A program made the position numbers and the translations under genes. From an uncultured Gammaproteobacteria bacterium (lineage in GTDB: Bacteria > Pseudomonadota > Gammaproteobacteria > JABCZS01): a DNA stretch of 64,000 bases. The notes below the pieces were generated by a model, which did no database searches, was not told the origin of the DNA, and saw only the letters and a program-made list of their open reading frames with translations. Of this stretch, positions 20,055-30,307 are shown piece after piece; position 1 is the first letter of the stretch, and the number at the start of each line of letters is the position of its first letter. Where the stretch lies: the NCBI GenBank assembly GCA_963848305.1, contig CAWKDC010000001.1, positions 128,001-192,000 of the forward strand, written 5' to 3'.

Positions 20055-21350
20055 ATGTTTTCCAAGCGAGATGTGTATATTGTCGATGGAGCGAGAACCC
20101 CTTTTTTAAAAGCAAAGACTGCGCCGAATCCCTTCTCAAGTTGTGATTTGGCGGTAGCTGCAGGGCAAGCATTGTTGATGCGTCAGCCATTTTCACCTCA
20201 TCATATTGATCAGGTGATAGTCGGTTCAACCATTCCTAATCCTGATGAAACCAATATTGGGCGCATGGTTGCACTGCGGGTGGGCTGTGGAGACAGTGTG
20301 CCAGGTATGACAGTGATGCGTAATTGTGCTTCTGGGTTGCAGGCATTGGATACAGCGGCTTGTCAAATCATGTTAGGTAAAAGCAACCTCGTTTTAGCAG
20401 GCGGTACAGATGCCATGAGCCAGGCTCCGTTGCTGCTGAATGAAGAAATGACGCGTTGGTTGTCCTATTTTTTTGCGGCTAAATCACCTGTTGAAAAATT
20501 AAAATTGATCACACAGTTGCGTCCACGCTATTTTGCGCCCGTGATCTCCATTTTGAGAGGGCTGTCAGATCCAGTCGTTGGGATTTCTATGGGACAAACA
20601 GCCGAAAATGTGGCTTTTGAATTTAATATTGATCGACTGGCGATGGATGAATATTCACTGCAAAGTCATCAGCGTACAGCGAAAGCGCAAGATGAGATGA
20701 TGTTTCCTGAAATCGTGCCCATTTGTGATAGCCGTGGGAAGACATATACGTTTGATGATGGTGTTCGACGTGATAGCTCGTTGGAAAAGCTTGGTAAATT
20801 AAAACCTTATTTTGACAAAAAATATGGGCAGATCACCGCAGGTAATAGTTCTCAGATTACTGACGGCGCTGCCATGTTAATTCTGGCAAGCAAAGAGGCT
20901 GTTCAAGAGTATCAATTACCCGTCATGGCAAGAATAGTCGATTGTCAATGGTCTGCGTTAAGTCCCGCATACATGGGTCTCGGCCCTGCTTATGCCATTG
21001 CGGCCTTATTACAAAAGCAAAAGCTGGCACTTAAAGATATCGATTATTTTGAAATCAATGAAGCTTTCGCAGCGCAAGTCATTGGCTGCGTTCTTGCATT
21101 AGACAGTGACACCTATTGTCGTGAAAAATTAGGCTTGCCTGGTGCGTTAGGACTGATCGATCCACTTCGTATGAATATTCATGGTGGGGCGATTGCCGTT
21201 GGTCATCCGGTCGGTGCAAGTGGTGCACGCCTTGCGTTGCACATGGCTCATATCTTGAAACGACAAAAAGCCAAGTACGGTATTGCGAGTTTGTGCATTG
21301 GGGGAGGCCAAGGTGGCGCCATGCTGATTGAATCAGTGGAAGGAGTATAA
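20055..21350 (+). CDS. fadI: 3-ketoacyl-CoA thiolase (FadI-like)
   Basis: RTPFLKA, RNCASG, GNSSQITDGA, NEAFA, GHPVGASG, CIGGGQG; RBS GAGGAG. Confidence 0.85.
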   Translation: MFSKRDVYIVDGARTPFLKAKTAPNPFSSCDLAVAAGQALLMRQPFSPHHIDQVIVGSTIPNPDETNIGRMVALRVGCGDSVPGMTVMRNCASGLQALDTAACQIMLGKSNLVLAGGTDAMSQAPLLLNEEMTRWLSYFFAAKSPVEKLKLITQLRPRYFAPVISILRGLSDPVVGISMGQTAENVAFEFNIDRLAMDEYSLQSHQRTAKAQDEMMFPEIVPICDSRGKTYTFDDGVRRDSSLEKLGKLKPYFDKKYGQITAGNSSQITDGAAMLILASKEAVQEYQLPVMARIVDCQWSALSPAYMGLGPAYAIAALLQKQKLALKDIDYFEINEAFAAQVIGCVLALDSDTYCREKLGLPGALGLIDPLRMNIHGGAIAVGHPVGASGARLALHMAHILKRQKAKYGIASLCIGGGQGGAMLIESVEGV

Positions 21351-21352
21351 AG

Positions 21353-23392
21353 ATGAAAACATTGAAACAGTATCAACATTGGAATTTGAAAACTGATAAG
21401 CATGATATTCTGTGGCTTTATTTCGATAAAAAAGGGGAAAGCGCCAATACCATTAATCATGAAGTGCTGGATGAATTAGCTGATATTTTTGCAGATTGTA
21501 TAGCACATCCTCCAAAAGGGCTTGTGATTGCATCTGCCAAGAAATCTGGTTTTATTGCGGGTGCTGATGTCAGAGAAATACAACAATTAAATTCATCAGA
21601 TAAAGTTGTTGCCTTTTTAGAAAAGGGGCAAGCCGTATGTAATGCTTTGTCAAAATTACCGTGTCCAACACTTGCTTTCATTCAAGGGTTTTGTTTGGGC
21701 GGTGGATTGGAATTATCTCTATCTTGTGATTACCGCATTGCAGAAGATCGTCCGGACACCAAGATAGGTTTACCAGAAATTTTATTGGGGATTCTCCCCG
21801 GTTGGGGCGGTACAGTGCGCTTGCCGCGGTTGATTGGTTTCCCGAATGCAATGGACATGATTTTAACTGGGAAAACATTAAGTGCCAAGGCTGCAAAGGC
21901 GGTAGGTGTTGTTGATGAATGTTTGCCAGAGCGTGTCATGACATTGGCAGCAGTTAATATTCTTTTGAATAAGCCGTCTAAACATAAAGCACCTGTTTAT
22001 CATATGTTGTTTGATTTGAAACCTATGCGCATGTTGTTGGCCAGTTATTTGCGTCGAGAAGTGGGGAAACGTGCCTCTCGAGAGCATTATCCTTCTCCCT
22101 ATGCCGTGATCGATAATTTTGAAGCTTATGGTTCATCTAATGCTGGTTTTAAGGCGGAGATTAAATCCCTCTCTCATATTTCTGGTGAATCCACTGCGCA
22201 GAACTTGATCCGAATTTTCTTTTTGCAAGAAAAGTTAAAAGAAGCAGCAAAACAAGTTAAATTTAAAGCACAACACGTGCATGTCATTGGCGCTGGTACC
22301 ATGGGTGGAGATATCGCGGCGTGGTGTGCGATGCAAGGAATCCGTGTCACACTCCAAGATACTTCGATTGAACGCATTGCGCTTGTGGTTAAAAAGTTCA
22401 GTGATGATCTGAAGAAACGTGTCAAAGATCGTATTAAAATCATGCACTATCGTGATTTATTGACGCCTGATCTCAAGGGAGACGGTATCGCATTTGCAGA
22501 TGTCATCATTGAGGCGGTATTTGAAAATCTCGATGTGAAACAAACTATTTTCAGGGATGTTGAATCGCGTGCAAAACAAACCGCCATTTTGGCCACGAAT
22601 ACATCCAGCATTCCGTTGGATGACATCAATACAGTGATGAGCAATCCATCTCGTCTTGTCGGGATACATTTTTTCAATCCCGTCTCAAAAATGCAATTGG
22701 TTGAAGTGATTCATGGCAATAACACTGATGCGAATGTATTATCACAAGCAGCAGCTTTTGTACTGCAGATCAAGAAATTGCCTTTATCTGTCAAATCTGC
22801 GCCAGGTTTTCTGGTCAATCGTTGCTTAACACCGTATTTGCTTGAAGCAGTTGCATTGCTCGATGAAGGCGTTCCACCCGCTGTCATCGATAAAGCAGCG
22901 GTTGATTTTGGCATGCCCATGGGGCCGATTGAATTGGCTGATGTGGTAGGGCTTGATATTTGTTTATCGGTAGCAGAACATTTAAAAGGTAAAATTGATA
23001 TCACGATCCCTGAGGTGTTGGTAAATAAAGTTAAATCAGGACTTCTTGGTAAAAAAACAGGCAAAGGTTTTTATCAATGGCATGGCAGCAAATGCATCAA
23101 GCCTGCTGCGGCTCATCTTTCAGAGAAGTTATCTGAGGATATCATTCAAAATCGTTTGGTTTTTCGTTTATTGAATGAATCCATGGCGTGTTTAAGGGAG
23201 CATATTGTTAATAACGCCGATCATCTCGACGCAGGCATTATTTTCGGCACCGGTTTCGCGCCATTTCGTGGCGGGCCTATGCATTATGCACAAACCATTG
23301 GTTACCCACAAATAGTTGAAGCATTGAATGATTATGCAAAAGCGTATGGTGATAGATTCACTCCTGATGCAGGATGGAAGGGCGGGCAATAA
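21353..23392 (+). CDS. fadJ: Fatty-acid oxidation complex alpha subunit (enoyl-CoA hydratase + 3-hydroxyacyl-CoA dehydrogenase)
   Basis: FIAGAD, CLGGGLE, LPEILLG, VIGAGTMG, ATNTSS, HFFNP. Confidence 0.88.
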   Translation: MKTLKQYQHWNLKTDKHDILWLYFDKKGESANTINHEVLDELADIFADCIAHPPKGLVIASAKKSGFIAGADVREIQQLNSSDKVVAFLEKGQAVCNALSKLPCPTLAFIQGFCLGGGLELSLSCDYRIAEDRPDTKIGLPEILLGILPGWGGTVRLPRLIGFPNAMDMILTGKTLSAKAAKAVGVVDECLPERVMTLAAVNILLNKPSKHKAPVYHMLFDLKPMRMLLASYLRREVGKRASREHYPSPYAVIDNFEAYGSSNAGFKAEIKSLSHISGESTAQNLIRIFFLQEKLKEAAKQVKFKAQHVHVIGAGTMGGDIAAWCAMQGIRVTLQDTSIERIALVVKKFSDDLKKRVKDRIKIMHYRDLLTPDLKGDGIAFADVIIEAVFENLDVKQTIFRDVESRAKQTAILATNTSSIPLDDINTVMSNPSRLVGIHFFNPVSKMQLVEVIHGNNTDANVLSQAAAFVLQIKKLPLSVKSAPGFLVNRCLTPYLLEAVALLDEGVPPAVIDKAAVDFGMPMGPIELADVVGLDICLSVAEHLKGKIDITIPEVLVNKVKSGLLGKKTGKGFYQWHGSKCIKPAAAHLSEKLSEDIIQNRLVFRLLNESMACLREHIVNNADHLDAGIIFGTGFAPFRGGPMHYAQTIGYPQIVEALNDYAKAYGDRFTPDAGWKGGQ

Positions 23393-23393
23393 C

Positions 23394-25736
23394 ATGAAGA
23401 ACATTCAGTGGCACGTTGGATCTGTTGCTGTTTTGGGTGCCGGTGTCATGGGCGCGAAGATTGCAGCATTATTTGTCAATGCAGGTTTTCCAGTTCTTTT
23501 GTTTGATCTCGCTGCAGGTGACAATAGGAATATGCTGGCAGAAGATGCTATTCGTGGTTTGCTCACGACACATCCCCCTGCATTGGTTGATCCTGCTTGG
23601 TCAAGGTACATTACGCCCGCCAACTATGAAACAGATTTAGATAAGCTAACATCCTGTAGTTTGATTATTGAAGCGATTGCTGAAAGATTAGATTGGAAAA
23701 AAGATTTATTTTATAAGATTGAATCCTTTATTTCTGAACATGCAGTATTGGCGACGAATACTTCAGGTCTCAGTATTGAGGCATTGTCAGAAGTTTTGCC
23801 ATCATCTTTGCGTTCAAGATTTCTGGGTTTGCATTTTTTCAACCCGCCACGTTATCTGACTTTGGTTGAAATGATTCCATCAACGCATACAGATCCTGAA
23901 TTGCTCGATCAACTTGAAACTTTTTTGACAATTTACCTCGGTAAAAATGTGTTGCGGGCATTTGACACGCCTAATTTTATTGGTAATCGCATGGGCGTTT
24001 TTTCGTTATTAACTACGTTGCACCATGCTGATGCATTTGATTTGCGTTTTGATCTGGTGGATGCATTAACGGGTACGTTGATTGGTCACCCTAAAAGCGC
24101 CACCTTTAGAACCTTGGATCTCGTCGGGTTAGATACATTCGCGCATGTTGTCACGACAATGGCGCGTGATCTGAAGCAAGATCCCTGGCATGCCTTGTTT
24201 AAAGTTCCAGATTGGATGAAAAAATTAATTGATAAGGGTGCTTTAGGTGAGAAATCAGGTGCAGGTATTTATAAGAAAGACAAAGGGGAATTATTCGTTT
24301 ATGATGTGAAAGATGGCACTTATAAAAAGGTTGCTGCTCAACCCAACCGTGACATCACTGATGTGCTGAAAGATCATAAAAAACCCTGTGCTTTAAAAGT
24401 AGTGTTTAACAAAAAACACCCTGAGGCTGAGTTTCTATGGGCCTATCATCGCGATGTTTGGCAATATGCTGCACATCATTTGAAGGATATTGCACATAAT
24501 GTTCGTGATGTTGATTGTGCCATGAAATGGGGTTTTGCTTGGCTACAGGGTCCTTTTGAATCTTGGCAATCTTTAGGCGTCAATGATATCGCGCAGAAAA
24601 TAGTGGATGATCCGGCATCAATGGATGTGCCTGGTGTCGGTGTTTTACCTGAATGGATTTCTTTATTGGAAAGTCAATCATTTTATGTTGATCAGACATC
24701 CTATTCTGCCCAAACAATGTCATATCAACCTCCCTCAACATTGCCTGTCTATCGACGCCAACATTTCATCATATCCAAACCAATATACGAAAATGATTTT
24801 GTCGAGATGTGGCATCACGACAATGATGTTTTTGTCTTAAGTTTTAAGTCGAAACTGGGATCGATCAGTCAGGGCGTCTTGTCAGGTATTACACGTTGTG
24901 TGGAACTTGCGTCAGAGAATGCTGCGGGACTCGTGATCTGGCAACGGCAAAGTCCTCAATTTTCTGTCGGGGCAGATATCCGTGAATTTTTGGATTCCAT
25001 GCAGAAAAAGCAATTTTCACAAATCGAACAGACGCTGAAAAACTTTCAAGACATGTGTTTATTAATACGTTACTCACGTATTCCTGTTGTTGCTGCATTG
25101 AAAGGGTATGTGTTCGGTGGAGGCTGTGAATTGGCGATGCATTGCGATAAACGTGTTGCAGCGCAGGAAACCTACATGGGGTTGGTAGAAGCGGGTGTCG
25201 GTTTATTGCCAGGTGGCGGCGGCTCGAAGGAGTGGGCGTTGCGTGCCAGTGATAATGCGCCCCAAGATCCTATGTTTTTGTTAAAGGGTTTTTTTGAACA
25301 AGTTGCTATGGGCAAGTCCAGCGACAATGCAAACATGGCTCAAAAAATGGGTTATTTATTACCCGCTGATCCCATTATCATGAACCCAAATGAATTATTA
25401 TTTGTAGCAACGCAACAAGCGATCACAATGGCGCAATCAGGATATTGTCCTCCACGTCATCCTCACATTAAAGTCGTTGGCGAATCAGGTTGGGCTGAGT
25501 TTGAAACGCAATTGGTGAATATGGTCGAAGGGAAATTTATTTCTCCTCACGATTATGCAGTGGCACATCATATTGCAAAAGTGATGTGCGGTGGCATGAT
25601 TGATACAATGAATGAAGTGGATGAGCAGTGGATGTTGCGGCTGGAGCGTGAAGGATTTGTTGAACTTGCGCAAACACCTGAAACGCAAGCCAGAATTGCC
25701 CACATGCTTGAAACAGGTAAACCGTTGAGGAATTAG
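23394..25736 (+). CDS. 3-hydroxyacyl-CoA dehydrogenase / enoyl-CoA hydratase with dehydrogenase first (FadN-type order)
   Basis: VLGAGVMG, TNTSGL, HFFNPPRYL, FSVGAD, GGGCE, C-term HMLETGKPLRN. Confidence 0.9.
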   Translation: MKNIQWHVGSVAVLGAGVMGAKIAALFVNAGFPVLLFDLAAGDNRNMLAEDAIRGLLTTHPPALVDPAWSRYITPANYETDLDKLTSCSLIIEAIAERLDWKKDLFYKIESFISEHAVLATNTSGLSIEALSEVLPSSLRSRFLGLHFFNPPRYLTLVEMIPSTHTDPELLDQLETFLTIYLGKNVLRAFDTPNFIGNRMGVFSLLTTLHHADAFDLRFDLVDALTGTLIGHPKSATFRTLDLVGLDTFAHVVTTMARDLKQDPWHALFKVPDWMKKLIDKGALGEKSGAGIYKKDKGELFVYDVKDGTYKKVAAQPNRDITDVLKDHKKPCALKVVFNKKHPEAEFLWAYHRDVWQYAAHHLKDIAHNVRDVDCAMKWGFAWLQGPFESWQSLGVNDIAQKIVDDPASMDVPGVGVLPEWISLLESQSFYVDQTSYSAQTMSYQPPSTLPVYRRQHFIISKPIYENDFVEMWHHDNDVFVLSFKSKLGSISQGVLSGITRCVELASENAAGLVIWQRQSPQFSVGADIREFLDSMQKKQFSQIEQTLKNFQDMCLLIRYSRIPVVAALKGYVFGGGCELAMHCDKRVAAQETYMGLVEAGVGLLPGGGGSKEWALRASDNAPQDPMFLLKGFFEQVAMGKSSDNANMAQKMGYLLPADPIIMNPNELLFVATQQAITMAQSGYCPPRHPHIKVVGESGWAEFETQLVNMVEGKFISPHDYAVAHHIAKVMCGGMIDTMNEVDEQWMLRLEREGFVELAQTPETQARIAHMLETGKPLRN

Positions 25737-25739
25737 AAG

Positions 25740-26933
25740 ATGCATTCAGACGCATACATTGTTGCTGCCACTCGCACGCCTGTGGGCAAAGCGAATAAAG
25801 GTGTGTTCAAACACACGCGACCCGATGATTTGTTGACCCATGCGATCAAATCATTGGTGGCGCTCAATCCTCAAGTCGATCCTAATGAAATTGCTGATGT
25901 GGTGATCGGCTGTGCGATGCCAGAAGCAGAGCAGGGGATGAATGTGGCACGTATTGCCACTTTGCTCGCAGGTTTGCCGGTGGGTGTTCCTGGTGTCACC
26001 GTGAACCGATTTTGTGCATCAGGTATTCAATCGATTGCAATGGCAGCAGCTCATGTTCAACTTGGCCATGTCGATTGTGTGATCGCAGGTGGTGTGGAAA
26101 GCATGAGCTTTGTGTCGCTGGGTGGTCGAGAGTTAAAAACAAATCCACGCATTTTTATCCAGGATGATACCGTATCGATAGCTTATGGCATGGGCTTAAC
26201 AGCTGAGCGTGTCGCAGAAAAATGGCATATTTCTCGTGAGCGTCAAGATGCTTTTGCATTACAAAGTCATCAACGTGCGGTTGCAGCGATCAACATTGGT
26301 GCTTTCAAAGATGAAATTTCACCGATTTGGGTAGACACCCGCACGGCGAATCTTCAGCATCAGTGCATTGACATCTCACACCAACAAGTTTCAGTAGATG
26401 AAGGTCCCCGCAAAGATACCACTTTGGAACGTCTCTCTCAATTGAAGCCTGTTTTCATGAGAGGCGGCACAGTCACTGCAGGAAACAGTTCACAAATGAG
26501 CGATGGTGCTGCTGCCGTCATGATTGTCAGTGAATCATTCATGACATCGCATCAACTCAAACCCCTGGGCATCCTCCGTGGCTATGCTGTGAAAGGGGTG
26601 TCTCCTGAATATATGGGTATTGGTCCTGTGGAGGCGATCCCTGCTGCATTGAAACAGGCTGGTCTAACATTGCAAGACATGCAATGGATAGAGTTAAATG
26701 AAGCGTTTGCGGCGCAGTCGTTGGCTGTGATGGATACAATCGGTCTAAATCCAGCGATCGTGAACCCCCTCGGCGGCGCGATTGCATTGGGGCATCCACT
26801 GGGTGCAACTGGGGCGATCAGAACAGCCACTCTACTGCATGGCATGCGTCGTCAGAAACTGAGATACGGAATGGTCACAATGTGCATTGGCACTGGGATG
26901 GGTGCCGCTGCGGTTTTTGAAGCCTTATATTAA
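25740..26933 (+). CDS. fadA: Acetyl-CoA C-acyltransferase (thiolase)
   Basis: RPDDL, NRFCASG, GNSSQMSDGA, NEAFA, GHPLGATG, CIGTGMG. Confidence 0.88.
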   Translation: MHSDAYIVAATRTPVGKANKGVFKHTRPDDLLTHAIKSLVALNPQVDPNEIADVVIGCAMPEAEQGMNVARIATLLAGLPVGVPGVTVNRFCASGIQSIAMAAAHVQLGHVDCVIAGGVESMSFVSLGGRELKTNPRIFIQDDTVSIAYGMGLTAERVAEKWHISRERQDAFALQSHQRAVAAINIGAFKDEISPIWVDTRTANLQHQCIDISHQQVSVDEGPRKDTTLERLSQLKPVFMRGGTVTAGNSSQMSDGAAAVMIVSESFMTSHQLKPLGILRGYAVKGVSPEYMGIGPVEAIPAALKQAGLTLQDMQWIELNEAFAAQSLAVMDTIGLNPAIVNPLGGAIALGHPLGATGAIRTATLLHGMRRQKLRYGMVTMCIGTGMGAAAVFEALY

Positions 26934-27368
26934 TGGTTGTAAGGGTATATTCTGGGGGGGGGTAATATCAGGATTATCATCTTTCGTAGTGCATAGCTTA
27001 TAGGTATTCCAACCGAATGTTAGCGTTGATGCGCCCAATAGCCCACCCCACGCGATACTGAAGAAACTATCGTCTATCTCACTGGCCAATCCAAAGCCGG
27101 CTCCCAGGATCATCAACGCACTGCCGAGCAAGGATATAAGGTGTAGAGCAAGGAAACTTTTGGTGTGAGTGTCGACAGAGATCATATGAAAGAGCGATTG
27201 TATAAGGGTATGCGATAGCATACATGCCGTCCCTATGAACAAGGGTGTTATGATTGCAGGATCATCAAGGTTCCAGGCATGAAAAGTGAAAATAAGTGCT
27301 GCGGTATCTATCACTGCCAACGTACCAAGTTCAATTTTTTGGGTAGTCAGGTGATCTGTGTTTCTCAT
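26925..27368 (-). CDS. Orphan membrane protein (about 4 TM segments)
   Basis: Four hydrophobic stretches, RBS GAAGGA; 3' end overlaps the thiolase stop. Confidence 0.6.
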   Translation of the reverse strand: MRNTDHLTTQKIELGTLAVIDTAALIFTFHAWNLDDPAIITPLFIGTACMLSHTLIQSLFHMISVDTHTKSFLALHLISLLGSALMILGAGFGLASEIDDSFFSIAWGGLLGASTLTFGWNTYKLCTTKDDNPDITPPQNIPLQPLI

Positions 27369-27487
27369 GCTATTTTCCTTCAATCTAATGCTTGGAAGGA
27401 TACCACAGAAATAAGTAAGGAAGAAAGCTTTTACAGGGGGGAGATTGACACCCCCCGGTGTATATTGGTGTATAATTTGATGCTATC

Positions 27488-29252
27488 ATGCTGATGAGGT
27501 ACATATTGAAACCGTCCGACTGGTCAACCTACACCCGCCTTTTTACCTATGTTAAACGGTATTGGGGTCTTTTCCTCATTGCTGGGGTTAGCTCTGCCCT
27601 CTATTCCGCCGTGGATGCGGGGATGATCAAGCTCCTACAACCCTTGGTGGACGACGGTTTTGTGGCCCAGGACCCAGGCTTCATTAAAATGATACCTATT
27701 ATATTGCCCCTTGTATTTTTGGTGCGTGGGGTACTGAGCTTTGGGTCCGACTATAGTTTGGCCTGGTTGTCTCGAAAAGTGGTCATTGCCGTGCGTCAGG
27801 AATTGTTCAACCATTATCTCAAATTACCTGCGACATTTTTCGATCGATATTCATCAGGAGAATTATTATCCAAGCTCACCTTTAATGTGGAGCAAATTTC
27901 AAAAGCCTGCACTGATGCGATTTTAGATTCAGTCCGTAATGGCTTTTTGGTGCCTATTTTTGCTCGGTGTGATGGTGACAATCAGTTGGGAATTAACCGC
28001 GTGGTTTTTCATCAGTGCCCCGGTGCTGTATTTATTGTTTGCGATGTCCAGTTATCGATTGCGAAAATACAGTCATGATATTCAGGGTAGCATGGGACAC
28101 ATGACCCATGTCGCCGAGGAAAATATCACAGGTTACCGTGAAGTGAAAATATTTGGTGGCGAAGCGTATGAGCGCCGTCAATTTGAACAAGCAATGGAAA
28201 AAAACAGAAAAGTGGAAATGCGGTTGCAACTCACTAAATCTGTCAGCGTACCTTTGATTCAGTGGGTGGGCGGCTGCGCATTGGCATTCACGTTATTCAT
28301 TGCGACAAGCTCTGAAGGTGGAATCACGTTATCTGCCGGTGGGTTCACAAGTTTTGTCTCGGCCATGTTAGCATTGCTCAAGCCCATTAAAGAATTAACA
28401 TCGGTCAATAGTAAAATACAACGTGGGATTGCTGGCGCCCAAAGTATTTTTGCAACGCTTGATATACCCGCTGAAAAAGACACTGGTACGGTTGTGTTGA
28501 ACCGTGCAAAAGGACATATCCAGATCCAGGATTTATCATTCCAGTACACACCTGCGCACGATCCCGTTTTGCAGCATATCAACCTAACGGTTGAGCCTGA
28601 AATGCATGTGGCTATCGTGGGTAAATCTGGCAGTGGCAAAACAACTTTGGTGAATTTGCTGCCGAGATTATATGAATTTGATACTGGAGCCATCATGCTG
28701 GATGGTGTCTCTATTCGTGATATTGAGATCAAATCATTGCGACATCAATTTGCGATCGTGTCCCAGAACGTGACTTTATTCAATGACACGATTGCACGTA
28801 ACATAGCGTATGGAGAAACGGACATCGATGATGCACGAATGCTTTTGGCGGCTGAAATGGCCTTTGTCACCGAATTTTCAGATAAATTTCCTGATAAATT
28901 AAATACCTTGATCGGTGATGACGGGGTATTATTATCAGGTGGTCAGCGGCAACGTTTAGCAATTGCCCGTGCTATTTATAAAAATGCACCGATTTTAATT
29001 TTGGATGAAGCCACTTCCGCGTTGGATTCTGTTTCAGAGCGTAAAATTCAGGATGCACTCGAAGCGTTGATGAAAAATCGAACGAGCATTATCATCGCAC
29101 ACCGGCTTTCAACCATTGAAAATGCCGATAAAATTGTGGTGATGGATCAGGGGCGTATCATTGAAGAAGGTACGCATGCTTCATTGTTGTCGAATGGTAA
29201 GATTTACAAGCAGCTTCACCAATTACAGTTTAGCGATGAAAAAAATGTTTGA
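27488..29252 (+). CDS. msbA: Lipid A flippase MsbA (frameshift near 27,953)
   Basis: TM domain split over ORFs 27488..28078 and 27939..29252; GKSGSGKTT, LSGGQRQR, ILDEATSALD. Confidence 0.92.
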
Positions 29253-30176
29253 AAAAGCGTGGGCGCAGCGCTCGTCGTGGCTCGTCTTGATGATACCATT
29301 ATCATATATTTATGGCGTTTTGCAATCTTTGCACCGTCAATTGTATGAATGGGGTTTTTTAAAAAAAATATCGTTTGATATCCCTGTGATTGTTGTCGGG
29401 AATATTTTTGTCGGTGGCACGGGCAAAACACCCACCGTGATTGCTTTGGCTAAACAATATTTATCTGAAGGGAAAAGGGTAGGGGTGTTGTCGCGCGGAT
29501 ATGGTGCACGCGCATCGCATTATCCTATTCTCGTGAAACCGACCGATGATGTGAGTCTAGCAGGAGATGAACCTTTACTGATTGCTGAAAGTACCCAGGC
29601 AACCGTGGTGTGTGATCCTGATCGCGTTCGTGGCGTACGCTATTTAATGGAGCTTGGGTGTGATATGATTATCTGTGATGATGGGTTACAACATTATCGC
29701 TTAAAACCTTCGAAAACCATCGCCCTGCATCCTGCTGATTGGGCGGGTTCTCCCTATTTATTACCTGCGGGTTCCTTCCGAGAACCCCTGTCTCGTTTGA
29801 AATCATTTGATCAAGTGATTATGATGGATGATTCGAAGCGGCAGCTATATTGTCGTGATGCGGACGGTCATCCAGTCAATTTCGCTGAATTGCCTCATGA
29901 TTTGCATGTGGTTGTCGGGATAGCGCAGCCGGAGCGATTGTTTCGTTTTTTAGATACTTTATCGATCCGATATGAAAAACATATTTTTCCTGATCATTAT
30001 TTGTTTAGACCTGCAGATTTTTTGAGTATCCCTGGCCCATATTAATGACCGAAAAAGATTGGGTGAAGTGCCGTGTATTTTGTAATGACGCATATATTCG
30101 CTCGTGCGTCGAAGACGTATCTTTTGTACGGGAAGTCTATATTATCGGGTATCATGTGAACCTGACGGCGGAGTGA
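29245..30176 (+). CDS. lpxK: Tetraacyldisaccharide 4'-kinase (frameshift near 30,037)
   Basis: VGNIFVGGTGKTP, SRGYG, GDEP, DDGLQH, FPDH; the conserved MTEKDWVKC follows in another frame from 30,045. Confidence 0.9.
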
Positions 30177-30307
30177 ATTTCAATTTATGCATTATGTTTG
30201 AACGTCTGCATGTTGAGCATTAGCCCCCATTTGCCACCTGCGGCGGCTACATGGGGGGCTCTGCCTCTAACGCCTCTGCGAGGATGAAGAACAACCCATA
30301 TTCCGTA

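Noticed and set aside
27445-27476. Perfect TTGACA and TATAAT upstream of msbA
   Set aside because: Spacer is 20 bp, outside the sigma70 range; not called as a promoter.
30222-30260. Imperfect hairpin between lpxK and rne
   Set aside because: Probably a 3'-end stem between convergent genes; no U-tract or recognisable RNA family.
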